64,000 bases of DNA from Macrostomum hystrix (lineage: Eukaryota; Animalia; Platyhelminthes): contig CATNEN010000001.1 of the NCBI GenBank assembly GCA_950097015.1, positions 6,014,001 to 6,078,000 of the forward strand. The letters run 5' to 3'. The position numbers and the translations under genes are program-made. The notes under the pieces were generated by a model. It saw only the letters and a list, made by a program, of their open reading frames with translations, searched no databases and had not been told where the DNA came from. This document shows, piece after piece, positions 34,556 to 44,670 of the stretch. Position 1 is the first letter of the stretch; each line of letters starts with the position of its first letter.

Positions 34556-37500
34556 TCATTCCGCCTTATCTCGCTCCCGTCGCAGTAAGCCTTTAGAATC
34601 GGCTTTAATTAGTCGTCCCAGATCGTTAATTAGGTTGCGATTTAGTGCAGCCGATGCGCACAATAGTCCGCCAATCATGCCGCCAACGAAGCCGCAGATG
34701 GCTATATCCTGTCCGGTTAGCAACAGGCCGGCAACGCCAATGTCTGGGCGAAGCTGGGCGCACGATTCGGGCGACAATCTGGCCACACTATGGTCTAGGC
34801 CATAGATTTCGCCGCGCGGAGAATTTATATAGTGCTTATTGGTTAGCGGAGTGCCAACCTGAAACAGACAAAATGCATAATTAGAGTTATAGATTTGACA
34901 ACAATCCCAATGCATAAAGCGATATCATTATAGACACAAGTAGGAATGCGTTTTTACTATATCTAGAAATCCCTACACTAACAACAAATTGGGCCATGTT
35001 TAGAAATCATTTAAACCAGGTGTCGGCAACCTCCGACCCGCGGCGCAGATGCGGCCGTTAAAGCTCCTAAATCTGACCACAGTAACACTAACTCTGCTCT
35101 GCTAACTTTGCTAACTATGTCTCATCTCTTTCCTGACTCATCTAACCCGTGTCTTATCTCACCCGTGTCTCATTCCTTCCGTCTCATCTCTTCCCTGTCT
35201 CCTCTCTCGCCTGTCTCATCTCTCGCCTGTCTTATCTCTCGTCTGTCTCATCTCTCGTCTGTCTCATCTCTCGTCTGTCTCATCTCTCGTCTGTCTCATC
35301 TCTCGTCTGTCTCATCTCTCGTCTGTCTCATCTCTCGTCTGTCTCATCTCTCGTCTGTTCATCTCTCGCCTGTCTCATCTCACTAGTGTCTCATCTCTCC
35401 ACTGTCTCATCTCTTCCCTGTCTCATATCTCACATCACTCCTGTCTCACATCACTCCTGTCTCACATCCTCCTATATCATCTCTTCCCAGCCCCATCTTT
35501 TCAATGTTCTATTTCACAACCAATGCGGTTCATTTTTTTATTTTGAATTCTCTCTTCGGCTAGCGACGTATACAGGGTTGCCGACACCTGCTTTAAACTA
35601 TAGAATAAAGAAGCGACTCTCTGTCCTGAGGTATCAAATTTAGCGAATATAGACAATCGATTGTATACCATTGTTGGGCTTACACGATGAATTTTATTAG
35701 CGATAACATGGAAATCCCAAACTAACCTACGAAGGAAAAAATAGTTTTTAGAATAAACCAATAATAAATATATAGAAATGTCCACATAGGATTACGTTTA
35801 AAGTGCAACCACCCAAAAATCTAGAATTGAGACTCGAACCTCCGACCTCATGGTTAGACGTCATATTAATCTCTAAACAATGGTCTTATACTTAAAATTC
35901 TCATAATGTCAATATTGGGGCTATGTTTAGAACTCCCCCAAAGCGTAATCAGACACTAAACTCACCTGCAGCAGTTCCACCTCTAGATCAGCCACAGCCG
36001 GTACCTGACACTTGACTATTTCCCACATGCGCCTACCAATGGCGTTCTTCAATCCGTTGTAGTCAGCGCCACGATGACCGGAGCGGGCCTCGTCCCATTG
36101 GCTGAACCAATCCCAGTTAGCGAAGGTGACAATGGCGCAGGTCAGTCGATTGTCTCCGTGTCGCCTAGCCCAGGTGGGATCTTTTAACGATGGGAAAGAA
36201 GCGAAAAGCAACGGCGGGTCAGCAGCGGCCGCCTCCTGAGCATCCAGACTGAGGTAGGCGTTAACAATGGACTGCAGATCAATAGACTCGGCCGCCTCGG
36301 TGTCCGTAGGCGACAGCAGCCATAGATTTCGGCCGCGAATATCGTCGAATGCGGCGTCAACAGATGCCGACCTGCCAGGTGGTAGGCGAAGGCCGACAAA
36401 CACAGACATGGCGCCATGCCCGGAGCGCAGGCCGCAGCTGTCCAATAGGCGAGGAATGCGCGACCTTCCGAGGAGGAGGCGGTGAGGTGGTGATGAGGCT
36501 GGCTTTGGTACGGCCGCATTCTCTGCTGCTGCTGTTTTGAATTTTTCTACTCTTTCTACCCCTCTTCATCCACCCTTTCTACCCCTCTCCATCCACCCTT
36601 TCTACCCCTCTCCTTCCACCCTTTCTACCCCTCTCCTTCCACTCTTTCTACGCGTCTCCTTCCACCCTTTCTACCCATCTCCTTCCACTCTTTCTACCCC
36701 TCTCCTTCCACTCTTTCTACCCCTCTCCTTCCACTCTTTCTACCCCTCTCCTTCCACCCTTTCTACCCCTCTCCTTCCACCCTTTCTACCCCTCTCCTTC
36801 CACTCTTTCTACCCGTCTCCTTCCGCTCTTTCTACCTCTCTACTTCCACTCTTTCTACCCCTCTCGTTATACTCTTTCTACTCATCTGCCAACCACACGA
36901 GTAGAGCACAAAGACACAAAATGCTCACTTCTCCAGAGCAGCGGCAGGCAGCAGCTTGGCAGTGTTGAGAAGGCCGGCATCAGAGATAATCAAAGGAGCT
37001 AGTACGGTGTATTCGCCATCTGCTCGTTGCACAGTGACGCCTACAGCTCGGCCGCTGTCGTTGCAAACAATGGAAGACACCGGGGCTCGAACCAGCGCCC
37101 TACCACCGGCTTTTTCAATCACGGGCACGGAGCAGAATGCGATTTCGCTGGCACCGCCAACAGGATAAAAGCCGCCCTGGCGAAGAAAATGATTCAGCAG
37201 CAGGGCGTGCAGCACCACGGACGACTCGCCGGGCGGTGTGCCATAGTCGCCGAAGCAATAGGCCAAGGTGCTTTTCAGCGACTCGCTGGCGATGTGCTCA
37301 TCCAGGAACTCCTTTAGGCTGATGTGCAGGTAGCTGGGAGGTGGAATCCGAGAGACATTAACGATTGGAAATACGACACATTGGAATTAGCATTGGGAAG
37401 GAAAAGTAGAGAACTGGAATTAACGATAGGGAAAAGTAGAGAACTGGGACTAGCGATAGGGAAAAGTAGAGAACTGGGACTAGCGATAGGGAAAAGTAGA

Positions 37501-40500
37501 GAACTGGGACTAGCGATAGGGAAAAGTAGAGAACTGGGACTAGCGATAGGGAAAAGTAGAGAACTGGGACTAGCGATTGGGAAAAGTAGAGAACTGGGAC
37601 TAGCGATAGGGAAAAGTAGAGAACTGGGACTAGCGATAGGGAAAAGTAGAGAACTGGGACTAGCGATAGGGAAAAGTAGAGAACTGGGACTAGCGATAGG
37701 GAAAAGTAGAGAACTGGGACTAGCGATAGGGAAAAGTAGAGAACTGGGACTAGCGATAGGGAAAAGTAGAGAACTGGGACTAGCGATAGGGAAAAGTAGA
37801 GAACTGGGATTAGCGATTGGGAAAAGTAGAGAACTGGGATTAGGAATTGGGAAAAGTAGAGAACTGGGATTAACGATTGGGAAAAGTAGAGAACTGGGAT
37901 TAGCGATTGGGAAAAGTAGAGAACTGGGACTAGCGATAGGGAAAAGTAGAGAACTGGGACTAGCGATAGGGAAAAGTAGAGAACTGGGACTAGCGATAGG
38001 GAAAAGTAGAGAACTGGGACTAGCGATAGGGAAAAGTAGAGAACTGGGACTAGCGATTGGGAAAAGTAGAGAACTGGGACTAGCGATAGGGAAAAGTAGA
38101 GAACTGGGACTAGCGATAGGGAAAAGTAGAGAACTGGGACTAGCGATAGGGAAAAGTAGAGAACTGGGACTAGCGATAGGGAAAAGTAGAGAACTGGGAT
38201 TAGCGATTGGGAAAAGTAGAGAACTGGGATTAGGAATTGGGAAAAGTAGAGAACTGGGATTAACGATTGGGAAAAGTAGAGAACTGGGATTAGCGATTGG
38301 GAAAAGTAGAGAACTGGGACTAGCGATAGGGAAAAGTAGAGAACTGGGACTAGCGATAGGGAAAAGTAGAGAACTGGGACTAGCGATAGGGAAAAGTAGA
38401 GAACTGGGACTAGCGATAGGGAAAAGTAGAGAACTGGGACTAGCGATTGGGAAAAGTAGAGAACTGGGACTAGCGATAGGGAAAAGTAGAGAACTGGGAC
38501 TAGCGATAGGGAAAAGTAGAGAACTGGGACTAGCGATAGGGAAAAGTAGAGAACTGGGACTAGCGATAGGGAAAAGTAGAGAACTGGGACTAGCGATAGG
38601 GAAAAGTAGAGAACTGGGACTAGCGATAGGGAAAAGTAGAGAACTGGGACTAGCGATAGGGAAAAGTAGAGAACTGGGATTAGCGATTGGGAAAAGTAGA
38701 GAACTGGGATTAGGAATTGGGAAAAGTAGAGAACTGGGATTAACGATTGGGAAAAGTAGAGAACTGGGATTAGCGATTGGGAAAAGTAGAGAACTGGGAT
38801 TAACGATTGGGAAAAGTAGAGAACTGGGATTAACGATCGGGAAAAGTAGAGAACTGGGATTAACGATTGGGAAAAGTAGAGAACTGGGATTAACGATAGG
38901 GAAAAGTAGAGAACTGGGATTAGCGATTGGGAAAAGTAGAGAACTGGGATTAGGAATTGGGAAAAGTAGAGAACTGGGATTAACGATTGGGAAAAGTAGA
39001 GAACTGGGATTAACGATTGGGAAAAGTAGAGAACTGGGATTAACGATCGGGAAAAGTAGAGAACTGGGACTAGCGATTGGGAAAAGTAGAGAACTGGGAT
39101 TAGCGATTGGGAAAAGTAGAGAACTGGGATTAACGATTGGGAAAAGTAGAGAACTGGGATTAACGATTGGGAAAAGTAGAGAACTGGGATTAACGATTGG
39201 GAAAAGTAGAGAACTGGGATTAATGATTGGGAAAAGTAGAGAACTGGGAGTAACGATTGGGAAAAGTAGAGACCTGGGATTAACGACTGGGAAAAGTAGA
39301 GAACTGGGATTAACGATTGGGAAAAGTAGAAAACAGGGACTAGCGATTGGGAAAATTAAGAACAGGGAGTAACGATTGGGAAAAAATAAGATGAGCGATG
39401 CGGAAATTGGGAGAAATAAGATTAGGGATGCTAAAGGTGTTAAAATGTGACAAATCTCACCGAAAATACGAGGAGAACAGGCCGCACAAACCCGACCTAA
39501 TCAGAATGTTAGCCAATCTCAGTGGCAGCAGCTTCAATCCCCAATAAAGCTTAGATCCTCGCTTCAATCTATCCAGCAAATTGAAGAACGCCTCGATACC
39601 GGTAGCTTCTTCTGGCCATTCGGCAATGAGTCGCCTAGAAAATTCTCGCCTATCGCCAGTCACCAGGACGCTTCGATTTTTCGCACTACCGTCGACGCTG
39701 CCGACAACCACCCTATCGAAATCAGCGTCCAGAGCCTGCCACATCAGCCGGCCATCCGTGATCTGGTCTGTTAGGCAGCGAACGAATGACCCCGGGCGCA
39801 TCTCGCCAACGTAATGAATGCCAACATCGAATTCGTAGCCTTTGTCCACAAACGTGTGACAGCAGCCGCCAATTACATCGTGCTGCTCTAATACCAGGAC
39901 TCGCTTCCTGGCTCTGGCTAGGAGGGTAGCCGCTGTTAGACCGCCAATACCGGATCCGATCACAATGGCGTCTAAGCGATCAGGAATGCGAGAGCCGGTG
40001 AAGTTTTGGCGAAGCACCGAATCGCGAGCCGTCTGGAATCGGCGATGCGATCGGTTGGTTGGTTGTGCGCGATTAGGGGTGAATCATCGCGTGCTGATTG
40101 GCTAGAAAATATGATACATTAATAAGGTAGAGAGTCAGTGTACACTGAGTTAATCATCGTGTCGCTGTTGACTGGAGAGGAGGAGGTTTTCATGGGTAGA
40201 TAGCCAGTGTTCACTGAGTGAATCATCGTGTCGCTGTTGGCTGGAGGGGAGGAGGTTTTCAAGGGGTAGATAGCCAGTGTTCACTGAGTGAATCATCGTG
40301 TCGCTGTTGGCTGGAGGGGAGGAGGTTTTTAAGGGGTAGAGAGTCTGTGTACACTGGGTGAATCATTGTGTCGCTGTTGGCTAACGGGGAGGAGGTTTTC
40401 AAGGGGTAGAGAATCAGTGTACACTGGGTGAATAATCGTGTTGCTATTGGCTGGACAGGTTTTTAAGGGGCAGAGTCAAGTCAGTGCACATTGAGCTAAA

Positions 40501-40742
40501 CATCGTGTCGCTATTGGCTGGACAGAAGGTAAGCATAGCCAAACTGGCAAACCAACCTGATCAGTAGTGACGTCATCGGGAGTTCTCTCCGGCCGTTTCT
40601 CCAACAGGCTAGGCAGAACAAACGGATTTCTGCCAGATTTCTTGCCAAAAACAGTGATGCTAATCACATACAGTACAATGTAGAGCGCGAGTCCAACGGC
40701 GCCTAGCAACCAGACAGTAATTGAAATCCCAAACAGGGACAT
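34556..40742 (-). CDS. RETSAT: All-trans-retinol 13,14-reductase (retinol saturase), ~654 aa, 5 exons
   Basis: Exons 40742-40557, 40032-39461, 37333-36929, 36464-35966, 34858-34556 (phases 0,2,2,0; the exon-4 acceptor could alternatively be ~24 nt further in). N-terminal membrane anchor; FAD-binding LDAIVIGSGIGGL..A..LA...KRVLVLEQH; GGCCHTF...GYEFDVGIHYVG; GDYG; YPVGGASEIAF; ISDAG..NT; TPLTN.HY...RGEIYGLDH; LTGQD. Confidence 0.95.
35017..35590. mobile_element. Non-autonomous hAT (Charlie-like) DNA transposon/MITE in RETSAT intron 4, containing a minisatellite
   Basis: 15-bp perfect TIR CAGGTGTCGGCAACC / GGTTGCCGACACCTG; 8-bp flanks ATTTAAAC (35009-35016) and CTTTAAAC (35591-35598) match at 7/8; GC-rich subterminal CCCGCGGCGCAGATGCGGCC as in Charlie-type MITEs. 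Confidence 0.85.
35130..35490. repeat. Minisatellite, 16-bp unit (GTCTCATCTCTCGTCT) inside the hAT MITE
   Basis: Tandem copies; the reverse complement shares GAGAGATGAGAC with 16870-17230. Confidence 0.92.
36545..36885. repeat. Intronic polypyrimidine/polypurine minisatellite, 23-bp unit (CCCCTCTCCTTCCACTCTTTCTA)
   Basis: Fills RETSAT intron 3. Confidence 0.93.
37395..39400. repeat. Intronic minisatellite, 30-bp unit (GGGAAAAGTAGAGAACTGGGACTAGCGATA)
   Basis: ~2-kb homogeneous array filling RETSAT intron 2; source of the 682-aa antisense ORF. Confidence 0.97.
40075..40530. repeat. ~70-bp tandem repeat, diverged member of the CAGTGTACACTG/ATTGG family
   Basis: About six copies filling RETSAT intron 1. 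Confidence 0.9.
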
Positions 40743-41224
40743 GTTTTATCCTTGTTGAATCTATTGAATTTCTATGTTAGTAGAAATTAACACGAAACTA
40801 ACTCTGTAACAGAAGTGAAATAAATTAGTCTTATTTTCTTTCATACAAATTAAAACTATTCAAAAACTGTAACAGTAATTGGAAAGAACTAGTTAAACAA
40901 GAAATCCACCTGAAATACAAATAAAAAGATAGATGCCTAGCATCTAAAAAAGATTGGACAAATTTAGATATATTTTCAGAAGATGTACATTAGAAAAAAA
41001 ATAACTTAATTAAACAAAACTACAAAACTGGAATTCGGTCAAGAAAGCAGGTAAAAAGTAGTAAAAAAGCGTACATCAGGAATAGCATCTACCCTCGTAA
41101 AATCATGCTTTCTACAATTCGTAGGAAAAATCAACAATCGTGCTGCACCACATATAAAAAGAAAACTAAAGTTTATTAGCAAAATATAAACTTCTAGACC
41201 TCCAGCTAAAAAATATAATCTGGC

Positions 41225-41395
41225 ACACAGTGAGTTACTTCGTATACTGCATGACTCACTGCGTAGCTATTGGCTGGCGGGTTGAGGCTGGTAGATGGGA
41301 TATGATTCAGTGTACACTGCATGACTCACTGCGTAGCTATTGGCTGGCGGAGTGATGCTGCTTAAAGGGACAGAATTTAAGCGTGCACAATCTCC
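41225..41395. repeat. Two copies of the 71-bp CAGTGTACACTG/CCAAT unit
   Basis: Near-identical to the reverse complement of the 32446-32780 unit. Confidence 0.88.
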
Positions 41396-42278
41396 TCCTC
41401 TAAGTCAAAGCAAAAAATTCATCACATCTACTATAAACGCATAATTGAAAAAGCAGCACTTTAGTTTTAAAAAATATGGACGGGTTAATTTTTTATTCTA
41501 GAAAAATAAACTTGAAGTGGAAGAATATTTAAAAGGTGGAATGTTTCTAGTTATAGGAAGCAGGAGCTAAAACATGCCAGTCTAACTGCAAGCAGAAAAT
41601 TCCACCTCACAGAATAAGCTTGCTATTTCATTTAAAGACAGTGACAGAAAACAATTGCCAGTTATCTTTAGCGAAAAAAATCTTGTCTTTAAAAGGAAGA
41701 CATTGTTAGTAAAAAAGTGTTTCTCATACAATCTAGCTAAAAATAGACGAGAATATATGATCGCATCGATAAAGAATGTATGCCTAACAGAAAAAAATAG
41801 GAAATAGTCAATAAGCAAATTTATCTCAGGAGGTAAAATGTAGACAGATATTTCTTGTTCAGCAATGTTTTGTATCTTGTTTTCGATACAAATTATTGAG
41901 GCAAAATTTAGGAAGGCTTAAATAGCAGTAAATATAGCTGAATACCGTAACTATCACAACAAAGTGGAGATGTTTTAGACTGGTCAATATTGTAGCTTGT
42001 GTAAAAAAACTGCGACCTAAAGACAAAGACAAATTTAACAAAGATTTCCTTTAAAAATAGATTAGCAACAAGAGATAATTGAGCAGGCTAAACTAATACT
42101 AAAGAACTAATACTAAACGAGAAAATCACGGCAAAAATATCGTTAGTAGACAAAACATAGAATTGTGCATAATATTCACTACTTTATAAACTCAGTACAC
42201 TGCTAGCAAGTAGCCGAATTCGAAATTTGGATAAATTGGTTGAGTTAAAGAATGCCAAAAATACAAATGTCTAGGATT

Positions 42279-42569
42279 TCACTTCCTCTTCTTCTTGCCT
42301 TTCTTTCCTTTGCGACCTTTTTTGCCTTTGGTCTTGGATGTGCCAGGCCTGCTGGCGAAGCCGCGCAGTTCTAAGGCGTCTACAACGCCGTGAGCGATAA
42401 CGTACACATTTTCCATGGCTACTGGAGACATTATGTCTACAACTGGCTTCTCGGCTTTCGGTGCTGCGGACTTGCCGCGCCTTTTGCCCGACTTCTTGCC
42501 AGACTTTTTGCCCGACTTCTTCTTCCCACTGCCGGCGATTCGGGCCCCAGCTGACTTGGCTTTGCGAGG
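42279..42569 (-). CDS. SMKR1: Small lysine-rich protein 1, main coding exon (96 aa + stop; initiator codon not in this exon)
   Basis: Frame absent from the ORF track. After the acceptor TTGATTCCAG it reads [96 protein letters not shown]. The core matches the SMKR1 motif VDILSP.AM.N.Y.IAH.V.D.L.LRGF as I recall it. Candidate upstream exon at 47290-47270. Confidence 0.88.
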   Translation of the reverse strand, partial: PRKAKSAGARIAGSGKKKSGKKSGKKSGKRRGKSAAPKAEKPVVDIMSPVAMENVYVIAHGVVDALELRGFASRPGTSKTKGKKGRKGKKGKKKRK

Positions 42570-42724
42570 CTGGAATCAATGGGCATTTGATGCAACCCAT
42601 GAGGATTTTACTCAATCTGTGGGGATTTTACTCAATCCAATTGGATTTTGCTCAATCCATGAGGATTTTACTTCAAGTAGATTCTAATCAATAAGTAAGG
42701 ATTTGGATGAGTTTATGATGCTTA

Positions 42725-44670
42725 AGATGAGTTCATGAGGGTGTGGATGAGTTCATGAGGGTGTGGATGAGTTCATGAGGGTGTGGATTAGTTCATGAGG
42801 GTGTGGATGAGTTCATGAGGGTGTGGATGAGTTCATGAGGGTGTGGATGAGTTCATGAGGGTGTGGATGAGTTCATGAGGGAGTGGATTAGTTCATGAGG
42901 GTGTGGATGAGTTCATGAGGGTGTGGATGAGTTCATGAGGGTCTGGATGAGTTCATGTGGGTGTGGATAAGTTCATGAGGGTGTGGATGAGTTCATAAGG
43001 GTGTGGATAAGTTCATGAGGGTGTGGATGAGTTCATGAGGTTGTGGATGAGTTCATGAGGGTGTGGATGAGTTCATGAGGGTCTGGATGAGTTCATGAGG
43101 GTGTGGATGAGTTTATGAGGGTGTGGATGAGTTTATGAGGGTGTGGATGAGTTCATGAGGGTGTGGATGAGTTCATGAGGGTGTGGATGAGTTTATGAGG
43201 GTGTGGATGAGTTTATGAGGGTGTGGATGAGTTTATGAGGGTGTGGATGAGTTCATGAGGGTGTGTATGAGTTCATGAGGGTGTGGATGAGTTCATGAGG
43301 GAGTGGATTAGTTCATGAGGGTGTGGATGAGTTCATGAGGGTGTGGATGAGTTCATGAGGGTGTGGATGAGTTCATGAGGGAGTGGATTAGTTCATGAGG
43401 GTGTGGATGAGTTCATGAGGGTGTGGATGAGTTCATGAGGGTCTGGATGAGTTCATGTGGGTGTGGATAAGTTCATGAGGGTGTGGATGAGTTCATAAGG
43501 GTGTGGATAAGTTCATGAGGGTGTGGATGAGTTCATGAGGTTGTGGATGAGTTCATGAGGGTGTGGATGAGTTCATGAGGGTCTGGATGAGTTCATGAGG
43601 GTGTGGATGAGTTCATGAGGGTGTGGATGAGTTTATGAGGGTGTGGATGAGTTCATGAGGGTGTGGATGAGTTCATGAGGGTGTGGATGAGTTTATGAGG
43701 GTGTGGATGAGTTTATGAGGGTGCGGATGAGTTTATGAGGGTGTGGATGAGTTCATGAGGGTGTGTATGAGTTCATGAGGGTGTGGATTAGTTCATGTGG
43801 GTGTGGATGAGTTTATGAGGGTGTGGATGAGTTTATGAGGGTGTGGATGAGTTTATGAGGGTGTGGATGAGTTCATGAGGGTCTGGATGAGTTCATGAGG
43901 GTGTGGATGAGTTCATGAGGGTGTGGATGAGTTTATGAGGGTGTGGATGAGTTCATGAGGGAGTGGATTAGTTCATGAGGGTGTGGATGAGTTCATGAGG
44001 GTGTGGATGAGTTCATGAGGGTCTGGATGAGTTCATGTGGGTGTGGATAAGTTCATGAGGGTGTGGATGAGTTCATAAGGGTGTGGATGAGTTCATGAGG
44101 TTGTGGATGAGTTCATGAGGGTGTGGATGAGTTCATGAGGGTCTGGATGAGTTCATGAGGGTGTGGATGAGTTTATGAGGGTGTGGATGAGTTTATGAGG
44201 GTGTGGATGAGTTTATGAGGGTGTGGATGAGTTCATGAGGGTGTGGATGAGTTTATGAGGGTGTGGATGAGTTTATGAGGGTGTGGATGAGTTTATGAGG
44301 GTGTGGATGAGTTCATGAGGGTGTGTATAAGTTCATGAGGGTGTGGATTAGTTCATGTGGGTGTGGATGAGTTTATGAGGGTGTGGATGAGTTTATGAGG
44401 GTGTGGATGAGTTTATGAGGGTGTGGATGAGTTCATGAGGGTCTGGATGAGTTCATGAGGGTGTGGATGAGTTCATGAGGGTGTGGATGAGTTTATGAGG
44501 GTGTGGATGAGTTCATGAGGGTGTGGACGAGTTTATGAGGGTGTGGATGAGTTTATGAGGGTGTGGATGAGTTTATGAGGGTGTGGATAAGTTTATGAGG
44601 GTGTGGATGAGTTTATGAGGGTGTGGATGAGTTCATGATGGTTTGGATGAGTTTATGGGGGTTTGGGTGA
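42725..44670. repeat. Minisatellite, 20-bp unit (GAGGGTGTGGATGAGTTCAT)
   Basis: ~1.95-kb array upstream of the SMKR1 acceptor, with internal block duplications; degenerate related units at 42595-42720. Confidence 0.97.

Noticed and set aside
37324-39372. 682-aa ORF (GKSRELGLAI)n
   Set aside because: Stop-free frame of a 30-bp intronic repeat, antisense to RETSAT; the listed start is a GTG overlapping the RETSAT exon
42271-42615. 114-aa ORF-track protein MSKILMG...
   Set aside because: Wrong frame; the overlapping frame encodes the conserved SMKR1 motif
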